The position numbers were made by a program, and so were the translations under genes. A DNA stretch of 64,000 nt from Acidimicrobiia bacterium. Its GTDB lineage: Bacteria; Actinomycetota; Acidimicrobiia; Spongiisociales; ZC4RG35. Under the pieces are notes generated by a model. That model saw only the letters and a list, made by a program, of their open reading frames with translations, made no database searches and was not told the DNA's origin. Shown here piece by piece: positions 18,881-29,096 of this stretch. The DNA is taken from positions 341,863 to 405,862 of the forward strand of contig OZ244034.1 of the NCBI GenBank assembly GCA_965215185.1. Direction: 5' to 3'. The stretch's first letter is position 1. Each line of letters opens with the position of its first letter.

Positions 18881-19849
18881 TCACGTTCCAGCACCGACCG
18901 AAGCCATCGTTCGCGGGTCGACTAGTCCTTGAATAACGTCGCTGACGAGACTGATCGCGACGAACAAGAGACCGGTGAACAATACGACAGTCTGGATGAC
19001 GGGTATGTCTCGCGCCGCAATCGCCTGAAAGACGAGAAAGCCCACACCCGGCCATGCAAAGACGACCTCAACAAACAAAGTGGCCGTGAATATAAACCCA
19101 AGCTGTAAACCGCTCACGTTTGCGATGGGGGCCACGATGTTTCTAACACCGTGACGAAACACGATAGAGGCTTCGGTTATACCTCTTGCTCTCGCTGCCT
19201 GAATGTACGGTTGATCCAATGCATGAGCTAGCTCGGACCTCGTCAAACGGAAGATCACTGCCATCGGAATTAGGGCAGCCGTCACTGATGGAAGAGCGGC
19301 GTGATGGAGCAAGTCCACTACGTCTGACTCGGCTCCCACCGTGCCAATCCCTGACACAGGGAAGATTCCCAGCCTTACACTGAAGATCCACACAAGAACC
19401 AAGCCGAGCCAGTACACCGGGGCACTCGCCAGTACGACAGCGAATGTAGTCATGATTCTGTCAACCGGAGAAAAGCGCTTCACTGCTGCCAGGATCCCAC
19501 CAAAGAAGCCGAGAACGAACGCTATGGCAAAACTCAAGGCAACCAAGATCGCGCTGTTTACAACTGCTTGTCCGAAGATCTCTGAGACGGGTGTCTGGTA
19601 TCTAACGGACGTACCAAAATCACCTTGAACGAAGAGACCGAGCCATTTCACATACTGTACCGGCCAAGGCTGGTCCCATCCCAGACTCCTTAGCAGCGCT
19701 TCACGAGCCTCTGGTCCAGCGAAGGGACCAAGAAGGAAGGAACTTGGATCCCCTGGCACAAGCTTCATAAGAAGGAACCCAACAACCGAGATACCGACCA
19801 GCATCGGCAAGATAGCAAGCGCCCGCCTGCCTATCATTGGTACTATCAC
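18881..19849 (-). CDS. ABC transporter permease (DppB/OppB-like)
   Basis: 322 aa with 'YIQAARARGITEASIVFRHGVRN' and a typical OppB TM layout. Confidence 0.8.
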   Translation of the reverse strand: MIVPMIGRRALAILPMLVGISVVGFLLMKLVPGDPSSFLLGPFAGPEAREALLRSLGWDQPWPVQYVKWLGLFVQGDFGTSVRYQTPVSEIFGQAVVNSAILVALSFAIAFVLGFFGGILAAVKRFSPVDRIMTTFAVVLASAPVYWLGLVLVWIFSVRLGIFPVSGIGTVGAESDVVDLLHHAALPSVTAALIPMAVIFRLTRSELAHALDQPYIQAARARGITEASIVFRHGVRNIVAPIANVSGLQLGFIFTATLFVEVVFAWPGVGFLVFQAIAARDIPVIQTVVLFTGLLFVAISLVSDVIQGLVDPRTMASVGAGT

Positions 19850-20034
19850 GCTGATAACTTAATCGTTTCCTCAAGACTGCCACAGAACGTGGAGATCTGG
19901 TTTAGCTGAGAGGACCCCGGTTCATCAAGTGCCCGCTGGGGCTGAACTGGAACCACCTGCACCCTCTTTCATCGGACGATTGCCACCATGCTCCGGTCTC
20001 CTGAGCAACTGTGGATGACCGCTCTCGCATGGGA

Positions 20035-20066
20035 TGGGGCCGAGACCCCATCCCATGCGATTACGA
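20035..20066. other. 13-bp-arm GC-rich stem-loop in the SBP-permease intergenic region of the peptide ABC operon
   Basis: 'gcatgggatgggg ccgaga ccccatcccatgc'. The position fits an intra-operon mRNA-stabilising or attenuating hairpin downstream of the SBP gene. Confidence 0.35.
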
Positions 20067-20085
20067 GACAGACTTGAGTCAACTA

Positions 20086-21813
20086 TCAACGGTCAAGCCA
20101 CACAATGGAGTAGTCCACAACCCAGTCCCCGGTTCGAATGAAGCCATTGACATCCGCCGCCATCGCGAGAGGGAAAGTATCTGACACGATGGGGGCATGG
20201 AAGGCCAGTTCGTGACCTCTACGAGCGGCTGCTTCGATGAACTCACTGGCTTCTTCTTGACTTGCAGCTTCATTGGCAGCTATCAAGAGCGAGTCATATT
20301 CTCCATCAATCAGCCCTCCCGAGTTGATACCTGCAGACGGTGACGTGGACTCATACAGCCAGTAGTCGGAGTTGTCCCCCCACGATATCTGGTTCATATC
20401 GACGTCATCCGGCATACCTGTGTACCACCGGCCAACGTACGTATTCCATTCGTAAGTACGAAGCTCCAGATCTATTCCGATTTCGGCCAGGTCTCGCTGA
20501 ATCCATTCAGCCATCTGTACAGGCAAGATCTGCCCGGATCCCGATGTCGACGTCTCAAACACCGCGTCAAACCCACCCTCATAGCCTGCTTCGGCAAGGA
20601 GCTCGCGCGCTCGCTCTGGGTCGTACTCATACCCCGCCCAATCTGGTACAGGGTTGAATGTCGCCGACGTAGACGAGCAGAAGCAGATAGCCGCCTCAAC
20701 TGTACCGACAAGCAGTTCCGCCGCCATGCCATCTCTGTCGATCGCCAGATTGACGGCTTGTCGAACTCTCGGATCGTCAAAGGGTGGCCGCCTGTGCTGG
20801 AATTCTATATACCAAAGATGCGGAGTCGGGCCCGATGCAATCTTGAAACCGTCGTCTTCAAGCTCAAGTATCTGATCCGGAGGCACGACACGGATCATGT
20901 CGACTTCGCCGGCCCTCAGGGCGTTGACGCGACCAGACTCATCTTCAATCGGTCGGAATATCAGTTCATCCACGTAGGGATGGGGAGTCCTCCAATAGTC
21001 CCGGTTTGCCTCCAGAGTCAAATGCTGTCCTCTTACCCACTCGACGAACTTGAAGGGACCGGTGCCAATGGGATGATCCGCGACCTCTTCGCCATACTCA
21101 ATAACAGCTGCGGGGCTAATCATCCATGGATGACCCAGACCTGTTGTGGTGGCGAGCTTCTCAATGAAGAACCCAAAGGGTGCTGACAGGACGAACTGAA
21201 CCGTGAATTCATCAACGACTTCAACAGCCTCGAGATTCTGGAATACTGTCGCGGCAAGCCCTGACAGTCCTTCTCCGATGTAATGATCGAAGCTTGGATC
21301 CCACACCCTGCGCACATTGAACTCGACAGCTCCCGCATCAAAGGGCGTCCCATCATGGAAGGTCACACCCTCGCGCAGTGAGAATGTGTGGATCAAGCCA
21401 TCCGGACTCGATTCCCACTCGGTGGCTAGCCGTGGCACGATCTCGGGCGGGCTGCCATCGTTTGGAACGGTGTAATCGGCAGTAATGAGCTTCTCAAAGA
21501 TCTGCTCGTTGACTTCATGCGTCTGTCCTCCCGAACTCCGATGTGGATCGAGAGTGCTGATCGTTGCTTCCAGCGCTACTATGAGAGTCCCTCCCTGCTG
21601 AGCCTCTGAATCGGCGCTTGTCTCAGCGGGCGCCGTCGTCTCAGGGGGCGCCGTCGTCTCAGGGGGCGCCGTCGTCTCAGGGGGTGCCGTCGTCTCAGCG
21701 GGCGCCGTCGTCTCAGCAGCAGCATCTGCCGCTTCGTCCCCGTCGTCGCCGCAGGCCGCAGCCAGCAACGCCAAGACAGCCATAAGGGCAATGGCTACTT
21801 TGAATTTCTTCAT
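20086..21813 (-). CDS. ABC transporter substrate-binding lipoprotein, family 5 (DppA/OppA-like), with a low-complexity ETTAPP linker
   Basis: 575 aa with a signal peptide and lipobox 'LLAAC', then '(A/P)ETTAP' x5, then an SBP_bac_5-type body. Confidence 0.85.
   Translation of the reverse strand: MKKFKVAIALMAVLALLAAACGDDGDEAADAAAETTAPAETTAPPETTAPPETTAPPETTAPAETSADSEAQQGGTLIVALEATISTLDPHRSSGGQTHEVNEQIFEKLITADYTVPNDGSPPEIVPRLATEWESSPDGLIHTFSLREGVTFHDGTPFDAGAVEFNVRRVWDPSFDHYIGEGLSGLAATVFQNLEAVEVVDEFTVQFVLSAPFGFFIEKLATTTGLGHPWMISPAAVIEYGEEVADHPIGTGPFKFVEWVRGQHLTLEANRDYWRTPHPYVDELIFRPIEDESGRVNALRAGEVDMIRVVPPDQILELEDDGFKIASGPTPHLWYIEFQHRRPPFDDPRVRQAVNLAIDRDGMAAELLVGTVEAAICFCSSTSATFNPVPDWAGYEYDPERARELLAEAGYEGGFDAVFETSTSGSGQILPVQMAEWIQRDLAEIGIDLELRTYEWNTYVGRWYTGMPDDVDMNQISWGDNSDYWLYESTSPSAGINSGGLIDGEYDSLLIAANEAASQEEASEFIEAAARRGHELAFHAPIVSDTFPLAMAADVNGFIRTGDWVVDYSIVWLDR
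21613..21716. repeat. tandem 18-bp repeat (about 5 units of 'gcgccgtcgtctcagggg') encoding the ETTAPP linker
   Basis: Read directly in the sequence. Confidence 0.6.
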
Positions 21814-21924
21814 TGCTTATTCCTTCCTGCCGGGTGCTCGTCGGGCCAACGGCACTCGACTAAAAAAAGTGACCTGGGTCGGCAGATCAGCCGACCTCCA
21901 GTTCTAAATATATAGCTGGGTCTA

Positions 21925-22330
21925 TCAATTCTTCCCTCGCAGGGGCATTATTTCTTGGGCACATCTCAAAAATTGAGTGTTGTTGGGGTTGGTGAATCCG
22001 TGAGCGACGCGTCGTGGGACCTGGAGGAGGTTGTTGATCCCTTCGATGGGTCCGTTCGATGCTCGTCTGCTGGTGTGGTAGGCCAAGATCTCTTCTCCCC
22101 ACGCGATGATCGTGTCCACGATGTCGCGGTATTCGCGGATCTGGCCTGTGGCGTAGAGATCAGCGAACCGTCCCAGAGCCTCGTTGGCCTGATCGAGGTC
22201 GCCGGCTTCGTAGAGTTGGTAGAGTTCCTGGAGCGCGTCCCACGCGGTACGGAGACGTGGATGAGCGTCGACCAGCCGGTCGAGGTGCGCCTGGTGGGCG
22301 TCGCTGAGATGATCCAGTACACTACATCAG
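21925..22330 (-). mobile_element. ISL3-family transposase 3'-end fragment (C-terminal ~130 codons only), left copy
   Basis: Encodes '...DTIIAWGEEILAYHTSRRASNGPIEGINNLLQV..RRVAHGFTNPNN', the conserved ISL3 C-terminal motif. About 355 bp are near-identical in inverse orientation to 26657-26992. Confidence 0.6.
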
Positions 22331-22368
22331 TTACAATCGTCTGGAGAGTCAAAGTGATTGATCTTGAT

Positions 22369-24099
22369 ATGAGGCTAGACCCGATTCAGTTTGAGGTGAT
22401 TCGAAATGCTCTGCTTGAGATCACCGAAGAAATGAGCGCCACCGTTAGGCGTAGCGCGTATTCCACGAACATCAAGACGAGAGCCGATTTCTCATGTGCC
22501 CTGTATGACGAGCACCTTCGCGTCGTCGCTCAGTCGTTCGCCCAGCCGACCCACCTTGGATCGGCCGTCGAAGTGGTGCCCAACGCCATCCGCGAATACG
22601 GTGCTGACAACATTGGACCTGGCGATAGCATCGTCCTGAATCACCCTTACATCGGTGGAGGACACCTAAACGATGTGACCCTCATCTCTCCGGTGTGGTA
22701 CAAGAATCGTCGACTCGGATATGTAGCCAACATCGCCCATCACGTTGACGTCGGCGGGGGAGCTCCATCCAGTATCGGAGCATTTACGGAGGTATTCCAG
22801 GAGGGGGTGATCATCCCGCCTCTGAAATTGGTGCGTAGCGGAGAGGTCGTTGACGAGATCTTCCAACTCATTCTGTCTCAGATACGCTCGAAGCGGGAGT
22901 TCGCGGGCGACTTTCGTGCCCAGATCGCCTCAAATCAAGCTGGAATCCATAGGCTAACGGCATTACTAGACCGTTTCGGCCCTGAAGTAGTCGAGACTGG
23001 GATCGAACAGATTCTGTCCTACACGGAACAGCGTATTCGAGTCGAGGTGGGAGCTCTTCCGCGTGGCGTTTTCACGGCAGAGGGCTACGTGGATACTGAC
23101 GGGTACACGGCTGATCCTGTTCGACTTGCTGTCAAGGTTGTCGTCGATGACGACGGTGTGCTATTTGATTTCGATGGCTCGGATCGTCAGCGGAAAGCGC
23201 CAGTGAACGCTACGTTCGCGATGACGTTCGCGACGTGTGCGTACGTCCTCAAGGCATTGACCGATCCCGATGTGCCAGTGAATGCGGGATTCTACGGCGC
23301 AGTACGCATAAACGCACCCGCAGGGTCCGTCGTGAATTGCGTGTATCCTGCTCCCGTAGTGGGGGGATGGGAAACTCAGATGAGACTCACAGACATCATT
23401 TTCAAGGCGTTGTCCCCCGCACTGCCTGAGATGATTCCCGCAGGTACAGAGGGGATGATCTGCCACGCTGGTTTTGGCGGAGAGGACCCTCGTACTGGCG
23501 AGTATTACTGCTTCCTTGAGACGCTCGCTGGCGGTTATGGGGGTAGGGCTAAGAGTGACGGTCCCGACGCAGTCCAATGCCATGGGAAGAACACTGAGAA
23601 CGCTCCAATCGAGGAGACCGAATCGAGTTACCCCGTCAGGATCGTTCGTTATGAGTTGGTAGAGAACTCAGAAGGTGCGGGAAGACACAGGGGGGGACTT
23701 GGGCTACGACGTGACTATCTTTTTCCCGATCATGAAGTGTCCTTCACAGTCCTCGCTGACCGGGATCGCTGGGGCCCACACGGGCTGTTCGGAGGACTTC
23801 CGGGAACTAAGGCTGAGTACGTACTCGTCTCGAAAGGCGAGACCAGCAAGGTCGGCGCTAAGTCAACCTTGCAGTTGAAGCCAGGGGACCTCGTCAGTTA
23901 CCGAACCTGTGGCGGTGGGGGCTTTGGCCCGCCAAGTGAGAGGGATCCGGTCAGTGTTCTTGCCGACGTAAGAGATGGAAAAGTCAGTGCCGAGAGAGCA
24001 CGAGAGGTCTACCGCGTGATGATTGATCCCAAGGATCTGGTCATAGACGAAGAGCAAACCAGTGTTCTTAGGGGTTCCAATAGCGTGGATAAGCAGTGA
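22369..24099 (+). CDS. hyuB: hydantoinase B / oxoprolinase / caprolactamase beta-type subunit (HyuB family)
   Basis: 'MRLDPIQFEVIRNALLEITEEMSATVRRSAYSTNIKTRADFSCALYD' is the canonical HyuB N-terminus. The ORF track extends to 21955 only because the antisense of the IS fragment is open. Confidence 0.85.
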   Translation: MRLDPIQFEVIRNALLEITEEMSATVRRSAYSTNIKTRADFSCALYDEHLRVVAQSFAQPTHLGSAVEVVPNAIREYGADNIGPGDSIVLNHPYIGGGHLNDVTLISPVWYKNRRLGYVANIAHHVDVGGGAPSSIGAFTEVFQEGVIIPPLKLVRSGEVVDEIFQLILSQIRSKREFAGDFRAQIASNQAGIHRLTALLDRFGPEVVETGIEQILSYTEQRIRVEVGALPRGVFTAEGYVDTDGYTADPVRLAVKVVVDDDGVLFDFDGSDRQRKAPVNATFAMTFATCAYVLKALTDPDVPVNAGFYGAVRINAPAGSVVNCVYPAPVVGGWETQMRLTDIIFKALSPALPEMIPAGTEGMICHAGFGGEDPRTGEYYCFLETLAGGYGGRAKSDGPDAVQCHGKNTENAPIEETESSYPVRIVRYELVENSEGAGRHRGGLGLRRDYLFPDHEVSFTVLADRDRWGPHGLFGGLPGTKAEYVLVSKGETSKVGAKSTLQLKPGDLVSYRTCGGGGFGPPSERDPVSVLADVRDGKVSAERAREVYRVMIDPKDLVIDEEQTSVLRGSNSVDKQ

Positions 24100-24121
24100 A
24101 GACGCGCCCTTCACGACCTGA

Positions 24122-26239
24122 TTGAATGGGAGCAAGGCGAGCATGACAAGCCGGATTGGAATTGACATTGGTGGCACGTTCACAGATGCAATTGTGATTA
24201 ACGAAGCAACTGGCGAGATTTTCATCGACAAGGTCACTTCCACTCCTCGTGATCCATCGATTGGTTTTCTACAGGCGACCAATCGGATATTGGAACGCAA
24301 TGAGCTGGACCCAAGCTCTATAGCATATCTAGTTCATGGTACGACTGTTGCTACCAATGCAATTATTGAGAATAGTCTGGCGAAATCTGCGTTTATCACG
24401 ACGGATGGATTCAGGGATATGCTTGAGATTGGACGGCAGAATCGCCCCGTACTGTATGACCTTGGGTTTGAGAAACTTCGACCGCTGGTACCGCGCTATT
24501 TGTGTTTTGAGATACGAGAGCGGCTCGATGCCTCGGGCAATGTTGTCGTTCCAATTCATGTGGAAGATGTCAAATCAGTGGCCCGAAAGATAAAGGAGGA
24601 GGAAGTTGAGTCAATCGCTGTGTGTCTTCTGCATGCACATATCAATCCAGTTCATGAGGTAACCGTTGGCGAAATACTACGGTCCATGCTTCCAGAGACG
24701 GCCGTTTCGCTTTCGAGCGAGGTGGCACCAGAATTTCGGGAGTATTTCCGCGCCAGCACCACAACGATCAATGCTGGAATTCGCCCAATCGTTTCGCGAT
24801 ATCTTGAGAGTATCGAGAGTCGCCTTCGAGCTGAAAGCATGACAGGTGAGCTTCTTGTGATGCAAAGCAATGGGGGACTGCAGACGTTCGAGGTAGCGGC
24901 CGAGAAGCCAGTATTCATGGTGGAGTCGGGGCCGGCCGCCGGAGTCATGGCGGCGACCTACCTCGGAGAATCGCTCGGGTTCAGCAACATGATCTCGCTG
25001 GATATGGGCGGGACCACGGCAAAAGTCGGCCTGATTCTGGATGGCGTACCGAACGTGACAAAGGATTACGAGGTGGGCGCAACCGCCCGACCAGGAATGG
25101 GGAGTGGTCGCGGTTCGGGCTATCCGATTCGTACTCCTGTCATTGACCTGGTTGAGATCGGAGCCGGAGGTGGATCAATCGCTTGGGTGGATTCAGGCGG
25201 TGCACTAAGGGTGGGGCCAAGAAGTGCTGGCGCTGATCCGGGCCCAGCGTGCTACGGCTGGGGCGGCCTGGAGCCGACGGTGACTGATGCCAACCTCGTC
25301 CTCGGACGGCTGAACCCCGAGTACTTCCTCGGCGGCGAGATAAAGCTCGACGTCGAGAGGGCTTCGGAGGCGATCGAAGGATTGGCATCCCAGTTAGGCA
25401 TGGATCTAATCGATGCAGCTTACGGAATCTTGGAGATTGCCAATGCCGCAATGGTGAATGCCCTGAGGTTGATCTCCATACAACGTGGATATGACCCGCG
25501 CGAATTCGCTCTTGTCGCCTTCGGTGGAGCCGGTCCTTTGCACAGTGGAAGAATCGCCATCGAACTCGGATTCTCTCACACCATCGTGCCGCTTAGCCCT
25601 GGCATCTTCTCGGCATTGGGACTTCTCGTGACTGATCTGAAGCACGACTTCTCGAGAACGGTTCTGCAGAACGTCGAAAGACTTGATCTGACGATCATCG
25701 AAGGGCTTTTTCAAGAGCTGGAAAAAGAGGGCCGTGACCTACTTGGGCGTGAAGGCGTCAAGGAGGAGGATGTTCAAGTTCGACGTTACGCTGAAATGCG
25801 CTACGTCGGTCAGAGCTATGAGCTCTCCCTCGACCTTCCAGATGGCGTTCTCACTCATAGCGACTTGGATCAGATCCTCGACCAGTTCGCCAAAGAGCAT
25901 GATCGGGTCTACGGGTTCAGCGTCCCAGGTGAACCCGTAGAGATCGTCAACATACGTTTGAGTACCCTCGGCGACATTCGCAAGCCTAGACTGAGAGAAA
26001 TCGGGAACAGTGGAACTGGGTTGGAATCTGCACACAAGGGAGCCCGATCTGTCTATTTCGACGAGAGCGGCGGATACATTGAGTGCCCCATATTCGACCG
26101 TTACAAGCTTGCTCAGGGCATTTCACTGATCGGTCCAGCCATAATCGAAGAACCGGATTCTACGACGGTTGTGCATCCCGGCTACAGCGTGAACATCGAT
26201 CAATATGGAAACCTGTTGTTGACCTCGGATGACGGATAG
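24122..26239 (+). CDS. hyuA: hydantoinase A / N-methylhydantoinase A-type ATP-dependent subunit (HyuA family)
   Basis: The N-terminal 'IGIDIGGTFTDAIV' (ASKHA fold) and the internal 'ISLDMGGTTAKVGLI' second sugar-kinase-like motif are both present. 705 aa. Confidence 0.85.
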   Translation: MNGSKASMTSRIGIDIGGTFTDAIVINEATGEIFIDKVTSTPRDPSIGFLQATNRILERNELDPSSIAYLVHGTTVATNAIIENSLAKSAFITTDGFRDMLEIGRQNRPVLYDLGFEKLRPLVPRYLCFEIRERLDASGNVVVPIHVEDVKSVARKIKEEEVESIAVCLLHAHINPVHEVTVGEILRSMLPETAVSLSSEVAPEFREYFRASTTTINAGIRPIVSRYLESIESRLRAESMTGELLVMQSNGGLQTFEVAAEKPVFMVESGPAAGVMAATYLGESLGFSNMISLDMGGTTAKVGLILDGVPNVTKDYEVGATARPGMGSGRGSGYPIRTPVIDLVEIGAGGGSIAWVDSGGALRVGPRSAGADPGPACYGWGGLEPTVTDANLVLGRLNPEYFLGGEIKLDVERASEAIEGLASQLGMDLIDAAYGILEIANAAMVNALRLISIQRGYDPREFALVAFGGAGPLHSGRIAIELGFSHTIVPLSPGIFSALGLLVTDLKHDFSRTVLQNVERLDLTIIEGLFQELEKEGRDLLGREGVKEEDVQVRRYAEMRYVGQSYELSLDLPDGVLTHSDLDQILDQFAKEHDRVYGFSVPGEPVEIVNIRLSTLGDIRKPRLREIGNSGTGLESAHKGARSVYFDESGGYIECPIFDRYKLAQGISLIGPAIIEEPDSTTVVHPGYSVNIDQYGNLLLTSDDG

Positions 26240-26439
26240 CCGGAGAGGCTCGTCACGCCGAACAGAGAGCTGACTGCTTCGCCAAGGTTGCTCTAACGCA
26301 AATCACGCGCACGCCGGAAACCAGTTGGCCCTGCGCGGAAATGTGGGGTTGGGTGGGTTGAAATCCTTGGATTGGGGGTGAGGCCTCGCTGGAATCGGTA
26401 AAGTACCAACTCGCCGATTCGAGGAGGCCTCGATGTCTG

Positions 26440-27050
26440 ATGTTATGTCTGTTCGTCTGCACTTGTCGGGTTCGCGTTAGGAGCGATCGCGCAGTATCTA
26501 CCGGACGGTCTTCACGTACTCGATCGTTTTCACGTGGCGCGCTGGTTCACCGAAGGCCTCACCCTGGTACGACGCGAGATACAACGCCGCCCCCTGATCA
26601 GCGTCCGCCGACCTACGAACCGGATCTGTTCCGGGCCCGCTTCACGCTCCTGCGGCGCGCGGATCATCTCAGCGACGCCCACCAGGCGCACCTCGACCGG
26701 CTGGTCGACGCTCATCCACGTCTCCGTACCGCGTGGGACGCGCTCCAGGAACTCTACCAACTCTACGAAGCCGGCGACCTCGATCAGGCCAACGAGGCTC
26801 TGGGACGGTTCGCTGATCTCTACGCCACAGGCCAGATCCGCGAATACCGCGACATCGTGGACACGATCATCGCGTGGGGAGAAGAGATCTTGGCCTACCA
26901 CACCAGCAGACGAGCATCGAACGGACCCATCGAAGGGATCAACAACCTCCTCCAAGTCCTATGACGCGTCGCTCACGGGTTCACCAACCCCAACAACTAC
27001 GCAGCCCGAGCGATCCTCGTAACATGACCTCAACACCGAGCACAGCATGC
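26440..27050 (+). mobile_element. ISL3-family transposase 3' fragment (longer remnant), right copy, inverted relative to 21925-22330
   Basis: Encodes '...LYATGQIREYRDIVDTIIAWGEEILAYHTSRRASNGPIEGINNLLQVL' and then continues in another frame. The N-terminal two-thirds of the transposase are absent. Confidence 0.6.
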
Positions 27051-27351
27051 CAAAACCCACGATTTCGCGCAGCCTCATCCGTTCCACTACTGGCTAGAGA
27101 CCCTCTGAGTCATGATGGCTGGCAGGACTGAGTGGTATCACGACACTCACATAGAATGTAGCTCAGACCGGCTACGCACACCCGCATCCCAAGCAGAGGA
27201 GAAACAGCAACACCGTGTCGACGAATCAGACCGGGCGAGCCTACGAGGAAGTGAAGGATCCGTTGCGGCTGGCAGGCGGAATATCGATCAGCATTCCAAG
27301 GCTGAGAACGTGGATTCGGGATCGGAGTAGAAACCTGTTGCTGTCCGGTGC

Positions 27352-27690
27352 CTAATCAGTAGTTATCTTAACTCCGAGGAGTGGAGCGTGCTGCTGACAA
27401 CCGTACACGTCCCGATCCCTGGGGCTACCAGAAACCGCTGGTCGTACGATTGTGATCTTGAGGCCTCGAGCTGAATCGTGCCATGCAAGGTTGATTACAT
27501 CGCTCTTGTCGATTCCGTAGCACCGCGAAACCAAAGAATCGGTAATGATGCCCGACATCTTCACTTGACTAAACGCCTCGGCGCTATCAAAAAATACATC
27601 AAAAGTCAGCAAATACGGCCCAGCATTCTTGCTTCTGAGGATGCTTGCGACCTCGCCCAGGGTCGTGTTCATATCAGCTATAGCTCCCAA
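27352..27690 (-). CDS. DUF4387-domain protein (partner of AtuA-like DUF1446 proteins)
   Basis: 112 aa, translationally overlapping the upstream DUF1446 gene. This pairing is a known conserved two-gene module. Confidence 0.55.
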   Translation of the reverse strand: MGAIADMNTTLGEVASILRSKNAGPYLLTFDVFFDSAEAFSQVKMSGIITDSLVSRCYGIDKSDVINLAWHDSARGLKITIVRPAVSGSPRDRDVYGCQQHAPLLGVKITTD

Positions 27691-29038
27691 CAGCTACTTC
27701 AAAACATTCATCTGGCGAGTCGAGAGTCATCAAGTGATGCACGCTGAACTCATAGACCGGCCCGCACGATAGGGTTCCCGGCGCAAGAGGGTATGCCAAG
27801 TTAGCCGCAGTTGCCTTGATACCAGGATACTTGAAGTGATCGATCGATGACCGGACGAAGGCAACGATGGTATCTGCCAGCGTTTGCGACTCAGCGACAA
27901 CCCTGATTAGGAGGCCTACTTCGTGAGCGGGGATTGGGGTGGGTTCTAGATGTCCCATCACTCCATCTCGTCCATACACTACAAAATCGAGATCAAAGTC
28001 GTCACTAAACCGCTGGGCGGTAGCCTCGTGGACGGCGTCGACGATCAAATCAATATTGGATATGAAATACGGATCTCGTGCGCCAGCAATAGTGATCGAA
28101 CGATATCCACGCTGGGTGGCACCCTCGATGAGCACTTCATACCGATCACTCTCGCACCATTCACTCCCGGAGATGTTGACCCACCCATCCTGGGCTTGCT
28201 CGAATTCACTGTTTCCCATCCAGACGTGCCCACCGGGCAAGTACAATCTGGCTGGGTCTGATTCCTCATAAAAGCTTTGGGCGGCGACAGAACGGGGTGA
28301 GCAGACGATGGAGTGTTTGGGCGAGCCGACCGTGAAATGGTCTTCCCTGATTATTCCCGTCATGGACTCGGCGGCACCATGGTCTGCCTCAGAACACATG
28401 GCACCACATTCGAGAATCTGACCCATGTGCCAAGCTAGGCCCTTGGGATAGCCTTCCCTAATCGCCAAAGCAGCAAAAATTGCGGCATCGCAGCTTCGGC
28501 CAGCGATCACGAGATCTGGTTCGAGATCGAGTGCCTCCACTATTTGTTCGACACCCATTAGGCCGACTATGTGAGTCGTTTCTTCGATCGTTTGGACGGA
28601 AAGTTGCTCCTCTGGCCCCAGACTTCTTATCTTGCCGGCACGGAGTTTTCGCTTGATGTAATCCTTGTGCAGCTCTGAACGAACGGTTGCGATGCGGAGG
28701 CTCCATCCACACTCACGAGCAATTTCGTGGGCGATGTCAAGCATCCATTCGATCCCAAAGTCAGACCCGGACGTTCCAGCGGAGCCGATAACCACGGGAA
28801 TGCGCCGTGAGCGGCTGGCAGTCAGAATCCTGCCTAGGTCGTCGGCCGTTGTGGATCGTGCTGCCTCCACAATGCCCCCACCCAGATTGTGTGGACCAGA
28901 GTCTGTTGAGCCTGCATCAATTCCTATGACGTGCGGGTTCAGAGCTAAGTTCATTTCGAAGCTGTCATCAGGGAATCCGAAACCCAGCATGCCCGTAGGG
29001 ACTAGAGTCCGTAGCTCTCGACTTGCCCTGTGGACCAT
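27674..29038 (-). CDS. acyclic-terpene-utilisation AtuA-like protein (DUF1446)
   Basis: 454 aa, about the right length. It has an N-terminal 'LGFGFP' region and is partnered with DUF4387 immediately downstream. Confidence 0.6.
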   Translation of the reverse strand: MVHRASRELRTLVPTGMLGFGFPDDSFEMNLALNPHVIGIDAGSTDSGPHNLGGGIVEAARSTTADDLGRILTASRSRRIPVVIGSAGTSGSDFGIEWMLDIAHEIARECGWSLRIATVRSELHKDYIKRKLRAGKIRSLGPEEQLSVQTIEETTHIVGLMGVEQIVEALDLEPDLVIAGRSCDAAIFAALAIREGYPKGLAWHMGQILECGAMCSEADHGAAESMTGIIREDHFTVGSPKHSIVCSPRSVAAQSFYEESDPARLYLPGGHVWMGNSEFEQAQDGWVNISGSEWCESDRYEVLIEGATQRGYRSITIAGARDPYFISNIDLIVDAVHEATAQRFSDDFDLDFVVYGRDGVMGHLEPTPIPAHEVGLLIRVVAESQTLADTIVAFVRSSIDHFKYPGIKATAANLAYPLAPGTLSCGPVYEFSVHHLMTLDSPDECFEVAVGSYS

Positions 29039-29096
29039 TTCTCTCCTCTGCCGATCCGCACTCCGTCTTTGGTGTGCCAGTTACTATAGCGGCTCT

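Noticed and set aside
21955-22368. N-terminal 138 aa of the ORF-track 714-aa ORF preceding hyuB
   Set aside because: This is the antisense reading of the ISL3 fragment that happens to be open. The HyuB homology starts at the Met at 22369.
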